Source: Catajapyx aquilonaris
Lineage: Eukaryota
DNA: 64,000 nucleotides
NCBI GenBank assembly: GCA_000934665.2
Contig: KZ538194.1
Location: 1 to 64,000, forward strand
Reading direction: 5' to 3'
Below, in pieces: positions 52,043-64,000 of the stretch; within the stretch, counting starts at the first letter, position 1, and every line of letters starts with the position of its first letter. The notes beneath the pieces were generated by a model that made no database searches, had not been told where the DNA came from, and was given only the letters and a program-made list of their open reading frames with translations. A program made the translations under genes and the position numbers.

Positions 52043-52887
52043 TACCGATACAAATAAATGTCATTGCAGTAGTTCCTTTGCATGAACCATGCAAGTACTG
52101 CTAATACTATCAAAGGATAAAATACTCAAAAGTTAGGACAGTTTTCATAAATAATAATATAATTATACTTAAGACATAATGAAAGGTAAACCAACGATAC
52201 TTGTGCTCACTTTTACTCATGCAGAGACATATGGACAATATCTTTCGCACGTCAACCTGCCACTCTGGGGGCACCTACTAGAGGAAATGAATGGACGTTA
52301 GATTGCACTCTTGCATGGTAAAATCTTTATAAATCTCAAGAGACACATGCAGGGATGGAGCAAAGTGGACATGAGTATTAGAGAGCACTACATGTCTTCT
52401 CATAAGATATGTGAGCATAAAAATGGAGAAGGCTTTATTCTTCAAGAGCACTTGGGTTAAATAATTAACTCTCAGCTTAGTTCAAAAGTCTGATTCCTGT
52501 TGATAAAAGTTGCAGTAAGGATGTCTCCCTTATCCTATAAACTTAATAGTAATGCCCCTGCATAATCTTTGTTGACAACATGGATTCAAATGGAATGTTA
52601 GCATCCATACACACAGTCCAAGAAGGCCAAGAAAGGTTTCTTTTCCGCTTTATAATCTGCATATTTCTACAGGCCACTTGTGCAAATGAGAATGGGAAGC
52701 TTTTTTTCAGAAGTCTAGTTCAAGTTATCCTGTTTTTTAAAAACCCTATCAAACTGGTGACACAGACACACGTACGACACTCGCGACCAATCATCCTTTC
52801 ACTTGTAAACTATTTCAGTCTGGAAGCTCTCTTTGTTGTCTCCCTCCTTCAATGTCCCACTGGGGGTCTTGGCGCTTCTTTTCATCA

Positions 52888-55800
52888 TCAACAGTTGAAC
52901 TTCTTAATCCCGGATCCATTGGCAGTGTTTTCAAAGTGAACCTCCAGAGAGGGCTTCTTCAGTCGCCTCTGTTTCCACCTCTGCAGGCAAGGGATGATGA
53001 AGAGGATCGTCCCGCTGAAGGCAACCATAGATCCCGCCACATAAAATCCAGGGTCATAAGAACCTAAGCCGTCCTTCAGCCAGCCTGTACGGGTGGAAAT
53101 CAGGAGCCATTAGTGCAAGGTCAGTCATATCTAGTGTGTGTACTCAATCATGTTGCAATTTCCTGAATTGACAAGTATTTCGGATATGCTCAGCCGTACA
53201 CAAAAAATGAGAGATAAATTATTTGTGTTGGTTTTAAAGGCTCTCAAGACCAGAGAAATAATCTACTACAGTACTTGCAATATGTGAATGTGTAGTGTCA
53301 TGCAAATAGAGATATATGGTGTGTAAGTACCTGCTATGGGAGGACCAATCAAGGATGCCACTCCTTGAAACAACAACAGAAGCCCAAAAGCATTGGTCAA
53401 TTTGTCCAGACCCAAGAGGTCCACTAATATGACCGACGTTAAGCCCACATATGCACCTATGCTAAAACCAAACACAGCTGCATAAATCACGAGGGTGGTA
53501 TAGTCCCTGCAGAACGCACTGAATGCTGTTGCTGCAAAATAAACCAAACAGTGAGGAAAATTTGCTCAGTGCTATACAGTATGTGAGATTACAACTCGCA
53601 ACATACCGAGCCCACTGACAATCAGGGAAAAGTTGTAGAGCCAGAGACGGTTGATCCAAGGTTTGTCTGAGAGAAATCCTAGGATCACTCGGCCTACAGT
53701 ATTAGCAATTCCAACTACTGCCAAGAGAAAGCTAGCTTTCTCCGAACTTATTCCTAACAGCATGGCACGGTCCTGTGGGGAGGGAATGAGATTTTGAGAC
53801 ACTTAGGATTTGGAACTTTGCACTTTCACCTCTTCCACTGTCAGATTGTATGTCCAAAAAGTGTACTCACCACAATGTATACATAGGGGACATTAAACCC
53901 TATGGAAGTGCAGAAGTTGGAGACAGCAAACACAATGAAGATGATGTCCTTCAGGAGAGAGAGGTCCATCATTTCTTTGAGGGTGTCGTGCAGTTCAGGG
54001 GAACAGTTGATGCAACCGCAGATGGTTACTGGCTGGGCACCATCAATCTGCTCCGACATATTCCTCTTGCGAGTCACGTGATCTGAATACATGCGAGGGT
54101 TTGACCTGTAATTTAATGTAACAATTAGATATGCCGCTTCAATGGCAAAGCTACCAATAATTCATATTATTACGACTTCTACTTCACATAACATGAAAAA
54201 CACCTAGAAAATATATCATGTGTAATTTTAGACCCACCTATAAAGAGGCACCTGATGAAGAGATCCGCGGTAAAAGATATCCATCCGTTGCATTGGTCCC
54301 TGTTGTGACACGCTGTTCTCAGCCCTTCTTCGCTGCTCCACCAACAAACCATGGCTGCCAAACTTGAGTGAGTGCTGCATAGCTTCTAACCCGCGGTTAA
54401 GGACTGGCTGACTGCATGTCATCTTCGTGGCTGATGTCTATAACAGAAATTTTCTCTTAGTCAGCACTGCCAGAAATTCACATTCATAAATATCTCTCTC
54501 ACCAAGTATACAGCAATCCTGACCCGCTGGTGTAAAAGGATTATTGCAAAAGACATGTTATACACAAAGTTGCTATAAAGAACATTCAAATTCACCAAAA
54601 ATAGTTTATAGACATTTTTGTAGTGGTAGTTCTTCCCTACCCCAAAATGTAACTCTAGAACAGCAGTTATCAAAATGTAGCCAATGATTTGCTCAAACCA
54701 CCAGAGTCACAGTCAAAGAAGTTTGTGAACCACTGCTCTGGAATATCCCCCATTTGGTGGACTTTTTGTTAACATTGCAGGAGTGCATTACTACTTGCAA
54801 CAAAGACATTTCATTTATGAATGACGTAATATCTGGCTCTATAGTCATATTCACTGTTGACAGGTTGACATTTGCACAGCAACAAAAGGGTAATTTAATG
54901 TGACCTTCACCATCTAATAGCAGCTGCTTGTGAATTCCTGGGTATATTCTAGCATATGCATGTGTGACAATGCAAGGGAGAATTTTGCCTCTTACCGGGA
55001 AATCTGGATTCGCAGAGATAGCATGTCCATTAGTCTGAACTACCAGTGGCTGTGTGGGATTATTAAATGCTCCTGTACTGAAGTTCCTAGTAATATCCCC
55101 ATTCAGGGCAGAATTGTTGGAGTTTCTCTCATCAAGGTTGGCCTCTGACACATTCTTCTTGAGGTAGTCAACATAGGTAAGGGAGGTGGGATTGGGAGGT
55201 AGGGTGGAAGGAGTGTTGGGCAAGGAAGTGTGCGATACCAGGGGAGTCTGAAGGGTGGACATGTGCGGCAGCGGCATGAGCTGTTGGCAAGATTCCGGGG
55301 AATCTCCTGATGGAATAGCAGCCAGCCTCTTTCGAGTCTTCTTCTTACGAGGTGCTTCCACAGGCCTAAAGGTGCCAAAATTATAGTCCCATGTAATAAC
55401 ATTGAATTCAAAACGCAGCAGATTGTACGTCATTGTGTCACCCACACCTTCAAGTGAAGGTCCCTTGATGAGACTCACCTAAAGAGAGCGCCAAAAATGG
55501 CGCAGTTGAGCACAAGGCCAGAGATGATGAGCATGGCTCCCTTCCAGCGGTACTCTGCCACCAGCCATTCAGTCAGGGGGGCAAATATGAAGGTGCCAAT
55601 GCCAGACCCACACACAGCAATGCCTGTCGCAAAGGCCCTCCTCCTCTCAAAGTAGCATGTAACACTCACGATGGCTGGAAGGTAGATCAAGCCCAGACCT
55701 AGTCCTGGAACAATTTAAAGCGGGGTATTACTGCATGTTGGGTGGTGTTGTATACCAAGAAATACCTGTGATGAGACCAATGGTGATGTATAGGGTGACG

Positions 55801-58800
55801 ATGTTGGGTGCAAATACGCTGAGCATCAATCCAAATGCTGCCAAGACAGCGCCTGCTATAGTCACCGGCCGACATCCGTATATGTTGACAAAAGCACTGG
55901 AGATTGGTCCTGGAAGATATTTAACATTAGCATTGCAGAGGAAAATTTTAAGGAAATATAAGAGGGCTGAAGAGGTTTATGGCAGTAGTATGGTGAATCC
56001 TGCTTATGCAGACCCTTGACGCAGGAACTTTTAAACATCAATTTTGTTAATTGTTAAATTTCTGTTAAATATCTAAACCTGCTCAGTACTAAAATTTTGT
56101 GCAGAGAGATAACCCACTACAGACATGTTTCACTGCAATTTGTCTCTAGTTAAGGGTTAAGTACCGAAACGTGTAGCAGCTCACAGGTCCATAACGAGCC
56201 AAATGCGATAATATGGGTGCCAAAGGGCAGATTTATCAGGAGGAATTAATGTGGCCTGTAACAAAAGGCTGAATAGCCTTGTTCATTGTCCACTTGGCCA
56301 TTACTATATCCCAACATTTCAAGTGCAAGTGCTCAACATTAAATACTGTGATAGCTCCTTCACAAGTTACGGCATGCAGTCTAACAACACAGTATACGGC
56401 CGGTTAGGACTTTGATTTACAGGATATTGATTTTTACATATTTTATAGCCAAATTTTAATAGATGCAGAAAAATTGATATATTTTTATTTTTTATTTATT
56501 TTACCCCAGTGGGCACGATGGCCATTGGGCGGAGAAAAAAAGAAAGAAAAAGAAAAATTGATATACTGTAATGCTATATACGCTACTGTGTGCTACTGTA
56601 GGGCTATTGCACTGCTGTGCTATAAAAGGACCAGAAATCATATCGACTAATGCCATCCTCACTGGGATCCTAAACGTTTTCCCCTCAGAGAAGAAAGTGA
56701 ACCCAATATTGATTTCTTTACCCAAAATGGACCTCAATTTTTATATATTTCATTAGCAGGTCCCTATCTGGAGGTAGAACATGAGTAAGTTATGTTGTGT
56801 TGCAATAATTAGTCAGAACATGAAAGCTTGATATGACTCAACAGTTCAAGGACAGCAGATGGTCGTGTGTACTTAAAATTGCACTAAACCGCCAATTATA
56901 TTCAAACCCCACCTAAGGGGCCCCCTGAATCTTCATTATTCAAGTACATCAGTTCAATCGGATCACCTCCAATTAAAATATTCAATCAACAGGCTTGGAT
57001 GCATCAAAGGTGAAAGCAGAGTCATTGCCCCCACGTGCGTCTGGACTATTAATATACCGTAATTCCTTGGGTGTAGAAATCCGCCAAGGAGCTGTCTAGT
57101 GACGTTCAAGAATAGAAGAACTCTATGGTCCACGCTCTTTTTCTCTAGGACTTGGGATAGGCCAAGGTGGTACCCAGGCCTTCTCTCTATTGATCTGTGC
57201 GAATAGTAGGACACATTATGACGCTGCTCAGTGCTGACGTCCCCATTATATCACAAATCATGTATATTCAGGAAGGTCATTGCCATTCATGTGATAAGTA
57301 GGTGTCAGAAACACGCGAATTATCCTAACTGATTTTAGCCACTAACTGGGGTCAATTTGTAAATTAAATTAAATTAAATATAATTATTCAGCATTTCAGG
57401 GGCTTTGTTACTGCCAGGCACGGTTAGTCGCCCTGTATGATTTTAAAGTTATTTATTCAGGTACGTACTGGTACATCTGTGGTATTCCAAGAACTTTATG
57501 AGACCAGTACCCATCTGTACCTCAGCGAATTCCAAGATTTTTTTTTCTTCGCGCAAAAAATCATGTTGACTGGAATGCTTATCAGTTATTTTGTTTGTCT
57601 TATCGTCCGGTGGTTCATGGGATTCCCTGGGTTATATAGCTGGCAGTGCGTCATTGAAACCCTGCATGCAAAACAAGGTGACCTTGCCTATCCCACGCAC
57701 CCACAAAAATCAACGCCGCATTGCCTTTTCATTATGCCCCACACTGTAGTTACGAAACATCCAATTAGCTTCGGCGGATTATATACTAACTCTCCAAGTC
57801 CCAACCCAACATTCAAGGTTGAAATCGCGAATAATTTTCGGACAAAATTGGCAGAAAATCAGCCACGTGCGCTTTGGACTCAAATTAAGCCCATTTAAAA
57901 AAAATGTGATTCAAAATCTGGATCAAGGAAATCCGACCTTGACTTTGTACCGTGCGTGTCTTCCTCCGATCTTGTCACATCGTAGAATTATTGATACCCG
58001 GAACATGCTTCGCACGCTTCCTTTTGTCTCGCACGTGCATTTGTGCACTCATTCTAATGAGTGGTATGCCAGGAGCGAAAGAAAAAAAAAAGTTGGGAGT
58101 TACGCGCATCTTCATGTTACGTAAGTTGCCAACTGTGCGCATTTTTGGGGGTGTTTGCGAAACGAGTATATTTTATGTGGGGCGACAATTTGCGATTTTT
58201 GGTGCAGTCGTAAACAAGGGTGTCAAGGGGGATGTGACAATAATGTTAATAATAATGCTGAGACATTTTTATGGCGCAGGAGCGATGCATATTGATGACG
58301 GTCCCGGTCCCAGAGGCGTAACCAGCGTGAAACCCTAAACTTAGGTTCGTCACAACCAAGCTAATTTTAAAATGTCCAATTCAGCCGACACTTACGTGGT
58401 CTGTACCTGCAAACAGTGCCCAACAATTGTGCAGTACACTATGAAATATTCGTGATCAAGTTGAAGGACATTTCCCTATTCCATTAATAGTTATTAATTA
58501 ATATGGTGCTCCCAATTTGGTGTAATAACAAATGAGACAATTATAAATTTTATCGGTCATTTTCTATTGTGATGCTCCTTCTCATCGTGAGATGGGACAA
58601 TGCAAGTCAACAACCAGACATCATGATAGCACAAGTTTTCCACAATAACCCATTCATGGCACACATGAGACCCACGTTGAGGCATACAAAGAGCCTCTTA
58701 TAGCTATACCTCGAGCACGATTAGTATGCAAGTAGGAATGTACGATCGTATAAAAAAACAGTGGGTGGTATGGGGTGAAAGGGGGTGGAACCTTGCACTC

Positions 58801-61144
58801 TTGATGCACTTGTACTGTACCTGCTCCCAAGGTGACGCCCACGAGGATGGATGCGATCCATGCTGTGGCACCATTCCCTTCACCAAAGTAATCCAGAAAT
58901 TCCACGTAGAAAATTCCGAAGGTATATGTCATTCCATCAGCTGTGAACACAAATTAATTGTTAGATTTTTTTTTGTCACATCAAAAATAATGACGACAGT
59001 TGTACGTCAGCAAGTTTGAATCGCTAATGACTTGCAATCTGTTCCTGTCAATTCTATCGGATTGATGTAATCTTTGGTAGGCTACAGTATGATACGCAGT
59101 ACCAGAACGGCAAATGGTCATCGTTACCGGAATTCAGAAATTCGGGATTTGAATTACCGCGCTTGATCGACGATTAACGTCAGGTATTTCCTGGCGCGAT
59201 TAATCTACCCGCGAGCATCGGAATGTCATGCGCAACGTTGCAATCGAAGAACTCATTCTTTCCATCCTTTGCATACCGCCAAACTCGTCATATCCCTTCT
59301 GCATTTTGGGTCAAAAACCACTAGCTAATAATAGACCGTTGATTACAGAGGAAAAAATTATGAATCATTCAGGCATCGCGTGCGTAGACCAAGTAAAGGC
59401 GCCCGGTACGACTGTACTGGAGTATATAGAACGTCGACCCTACTCTGAGGTTTTACTGTAGTAAAAGGGAGGTTCAATAGATGACGTCCTGAAGTTGGTA
59501 TAGTCACAATCTAGTTCTATGAAAAAGGATCGATAACTTAGGTTAGTCACCCAACTAAAGCTATGATTTACTCACTCTCTCGCACTCATTTGAATTTATG
59601 ATTTGATTTCAGTGCCAATATACCGTTGAACTTTTAATTGGCATTTGAGGAACAATGGATAACTGGAAGTTATCAGGTGGAAGTTTGAATAAATTCATGG
59701 GATCATTCACGGTGCATTGGTTCACAACGGGCCATCATTTGACTTGAAGATCATATTGACCCAGCTTCCAGACACCCCCTGAAGTGCTTCTGGTCGTATA
59801 TTTACCCGTTCGTTTTTGCATTCTCACGCAAATATTTACAGAAAGAGACTTCCATTTACGAGCCGAGTTATTTTTTTGGCTGAAAACAGGGTGTCTCCTG
59901 CATGTATAATGTGTTTGTATTGCACCCCGCACGTCATGTTGCCTTTGGGTGACCGGTGAAGTAAAGTAATAGGCCTGTGATTGCATTTTTCCACTTTGTT
60001 AAACCTTGATGGGAGTCGACAAAGGACCGTTTACCAAAGCCGAGACTTGCTTTCGTCGCATTGGCACATTTCCATCAGCCCGTTGCTAAAGAAAGGGAAG
60101 GGCATGGAACTGAACAGGGTTAAGCAAACCGGCGCCTTTCATCACATATTCCATTTACCTATCCAGATCTTTCTTTAAATGTGCGAATTGTGATAAAAAA
60201 TGGCCGGTTTATACTGAATCTCCTACAAGTTCACTGGAACGCCTGCAAGTGGCGCTCTATTCTACGGTAGCGACACCGCCGGATTTTCAATGCACCACAG
60301 ACTGTATCCGCGACCGTATGCACCGAATTAGCCCGGAATTAAAATTTGCGCAAGAAACTCGGTCAGAAATTATGCTCAAGGTTTTGCACAGATTGATGTT
60401 TACAGCTGAGTTTGCTAAATTCTGCGAAGGGAAGCCAAGGTGCACCATGGCTAACGCACGTGGCCAGAAAGGCTGCCAGGGTCGAGACCATTTGGAAGGT
60501 GACAGCCACACGCACTTTTAGGTGTAATTATATGCAGATTCCCGTATCAGTTACACACGTACTACATACCAAGGTTACCTCGGTTCACAGGAAACAACAA
60601 TGAACCGTTATTTCTTTATTGTAAAAGCCGGGAGGTTCTGACTTCTGAGAAATAATGGTCGTCCTTGGGCCCTTACGCAACACATATGGTTACTATGGTC
60701 AGGATTTTATCCAGTTTTTTTATTATTAAACGTGTAATCGGACCTATCTGTTGTTCCACATGTTTTTATCAGACTGCATAACGGACTCCTGCGCAATTCC
60801 TGGTTTTATCTGCTAATGATGCCCAGCAGTAATTAATCATCTGTCGTATCTAAAACAGTTGGGCATCTCAGGTTATCTCAACGCGGCCTCTCGGGGTATC
60901 ACTTTGCATCCTTGCACGCGACGCCTGACCCCGTACATATTGGTACCGATGCAATTGAAACCGGTTTTCTGCAGACCTTTACCCATTGATACTCACCGAT
61001 AATGTGTATCATGAAGGATGCGAAGACCACGACCCATCCCCATCCGCCATCAGGAGGTTTGACCACAGCATCGTTACACTCTTCTTCACACACACTCCCT
61101 TCCAAGTGGGTCTTCTGGCACCTCTTGGGCGGCACTGGGCTCAT
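52888..61144 (-). CDS. Monocarboxylate transporter-like (SLC16 family, MFS; MCT12/14-like), ~668 aa
   Basis: Minus-strand exons 61144-60997, 58940-58821, 55909-55766, 55704-55479, 55365-54996, 54437-54238, 54105-53871, 53772-53607, 53531-53331, 53084-52888 (2007 nt), all GT-AG and in phase. SLC16 signatures [15 protein letters not shown] and [20 protein letters not shown], a large central loop with [10 protein letters not shown], and [29 protein letters not shown]. Confidence 0.93.
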
Positions 61145-64000
61145 GCTGCACTAATGTAGTGAAAACCAGCCGGTGTGTGGTTCAATATGAACTATAGAAG
61201 CGATGATGCCCTCTCAGCATCGGTGGTGGGTCCTCCACCTGAGGATCGTCGTCGTCCGAGTGGTGACCGTATCGCCCGTATGCATTCCGTGGTCCGCACC
61301 TTCAGCCAGTTGCAGCTCGGTCCTGGTGTGCCAACGTGATTCAAGTGGCAGTCAGTGGTGTGTAGTGTGAGAGTGTGGCCCACACCCGCCTACATGTGTG
61401 CACCAGATGGCAGCGCCCGCTGTGGCGGCGCACACAACAAAAGGGAGACGGCCCGGCCCCCTCACAGGGGGGGGGTTACGAAAAAATGTGAAGAGGGTGC
61501 AACTGATGGGGGGAATGTGAAAAGAGAGGACGTTTTTAGGGGTTGCTTGGGGGCATGGCGTCTTCTTAGGCCTTTTGATTGGGGAGCGGAAGAGCGGGCC
61601 AGATCTGGGGAATAACACAGGAGTTTTTTTCAGAAATACCAGGGGAAACATTTGTGGAAATTATTTTTATAAAAAAAATATGTGTGACTTGCATTTCTGT
61701 TCCAGTTCTACTTATCCACATTCTGTTTACAAGGAATGGTCGCCAAAAATAAATGCACGTGTACTGTAGCTGCATCTACGACCATCCGTTTTGACATGTA
61801 GTGTATGTAATTGCGATTGTTGTATGTGGGTCGCGATAATGCAGTATATGTAGGTCGCGAATCACATGCTGCTTACTGCACAAACTAATATGCCATGTTG
61901 CGTGTGATCATTGACACCGTATCTTCCCAGATTTATCCGAAATGACATAACAGTCCAGCTGTGATATTAAATTTTGGTTACATGTTCGGATTAATGGAAC
62001 GCAATCGACTTTCCAGTCCAAATCCATTGTGATGAATTTGATTTTGAAGTGATATTTTTTTTCAATAGAAAGAATTTAGCGTAATAATGTGGAACAATTT
62101 AAAATAGATGTACCACTGCTTCGTATTGCACCATTGGCACTGTTCTTACCCGGGTTTCCAGCATATACATTGGTACTAAATTTGCACTTCCGTAAGCGAT
62201 TGGGAACAGGTCAGATGCACCATCCTTCACCCTGGTTTACATTTAGAAACGGTTCATATAACGTGGACCTCTTTACATCGCAAGGTCCAGTCTTAAATCC
62301 AGTTCCTTCTTTGCATCGACTAGCTTGATCGACAAGCAACCAAGGGTTGACACCGATATAAACGCCTAATCACCATAAGTACAAAGAGCGGGTCGTTAGG
62401 GATGTAATTAGGTTACTCGAAATGAGATACTCCATCTAGCCTTGATGAGGCTTCCATTTACTGACATTAGTAAATGCGGCGAGTACCCCCAGGTGCTTAT
62501 TCTAGTCAGGCGGATCAATCATATTATTCGCAAATTTATATGCAATGTTCAACTTAGTAAACGGCAATTACGGCCATTACACCATTTTCGTTGCAGTCTG
62601 GTCGACCTTGTGAGGGACGATGGGTATCATGTTTTTCTTGGCGGCGGGCGTAAAGGAAAAAACCGGAGTTTATCACGTGATTTCCATCATAAAATCGGCT
62701 TATTTCACGACCTGACTTGGATTCAGGCTTTGAGGTCGCTGAAAAATTGCGGAGTATATTTAGAGCTCCTTTGAAGTGTGGGGAAGATTCATTTTGATGG
62801 CATAAAAATTGGAAGTAAGCAAAATCATGGCTCAAAATTCTACTATTATGCGACCAATTGAATATGCAAATCGCATTGTTCATTATTCGACTGTTGAACA
62901 GACATGCTTCACACATCTCATTGTTTTAAATCTGACGCTTAGACACATATCACGGCAACACCGCAATATCGGTAAAGTAATTTGCAGCACAAATAATACC
63001 ACCCTGCAGTATTTTCGATCTAACAAGAAAAATTACGCAACTAGTAGGCGTTGCCAGGAAGTGTGAGTGAAATTGGCTTCAGCTCTTGAATTCAGCGATA
63101 GTTAAGGTGTTGACAGAACCCTTGTCCTTCATGCATTAGCACAGGAGTTGACGATGACTTGTGACATCCTGTCGTCGCGACTTTCCTGGGTTGTCCGGAT
63201 ATGTGAGATTACGCTTAGTCAGTTCCGTTAGTCTTGGGTTTACTGCCTGTTTCTGTCGAGATTATGTCCTATGCTATGCCTTGGCCTTTCAGAAGGTCAC
63301 TGGATCTGTTCCAGTACACAATGCTAACAGCTGAGTTTATTTACCGTTCGCGAAGTTATGGCACAGGGTGTTTCAAAGATGCCATATTAATTGACTGAGG
63401 TCGATGCAATTTTTTTTCAAAGCGCAATATCTGCTGATTATGATCAATTTTGAAGCCGCTAACGTCAGGTTCTAGATAATCACATGTCTTCAAGTCGGGC
63501 AAGGGCAACGTAATAGAAAAATAAAAGATAAAGTAACATCAAGTTGACTTAACTGGACCTTGAAATGATTTGCTCACCAAGTGCAATCCTACCGATCTGT
63601 GAAAACGACTTTGTTTTTTGTTTTTATCTTTATGTTTAGCTTGCGTCATTTCGGCTCGGTACAAAGCGGACTAAAAATATCGTTGCGGATGCTTTCCATC
63701 TCTTGTTAGCGTAGTACATTGTCTTGATGAATCTATTAACGGTTTAACAAGATTAACAAGCAAAAACGGGACCATATTTACCCAGTCTTTGCACGTGTTA
63801 GGAATGATTTTAATTTTTGGGAGGAATATAAGGGCACGGGTCGGTCGTAAATAATTACTAAGCAGTTTGTTCATTGTACTTGAAGCCGGGAAAAATAGTG
63901 TCGTAACCTGTCGGGTGATATATAGTATTGCAGCAATAAAAAAGTGCCTTCGTCTGGAAGTTTTGTGCCAAAAAAAATGGCTCGCAGTTTGTTCATTCTG

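Noticed and set aside
52882..52890. Selenocysteine recoding of the tandem TGA codons
   Set aside because: No SECIS recognised, the readthrough frame stops after about 10 codons, and SLC16 proteins are not known selenoproteins.
18163..61144. Four-gene block as a functional 'system' (RNA and protein methylation genes adjacent)
   Set aside because: These are unrelated conserved eukaryotic genes, each with its own candidate promoter or poly(A) signals. Adjacency alone is not evidence; a synteny and co-expression analysis would be needed.

Overview
Eukaryotic genomic DNA, most likely a non-dipteran arthropod (inferred from GT-AG introns as short as 55-95 nt, an SmydA-type SET gene, and a ZC3H13 that retains its zinc finger). 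Four intact spliced genes were reconstructed by hand with consistent splice phases: (1) FNDC3/miles-to-go, + strand, 12 coding exons, 18163-38705, ~1203 aa; (2) ZC3H13/Flacc, an m6A-writer complex subunit, +, 42050-46912; (3) a SET+MYND (SMYD, SmydA/msta-like) lysine methyltransferase, +, 48702-50504; (4) an SLC16 monocarboxylate-transporter-like MFS gene, - strand, 61144-52888. The first ~18 kb is non-coding, with G-tracts and one N gap. Hidden non-coding structure includes a Mutator-like MITE with a 9-bp TSD, a hAT/Buster-like MITE with an 8-bp TSD, a degenerate mariner-like MITE, an orientation-switching 35-36 bp minisatellite between convergent genes, candidate cassette and alternative first exons, and excess TGACGTCA motifs. 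I found no CRISPR array, RNA gene or convincing novel multi-gene system. Family assignments rest on recalled motifs, not database searches.
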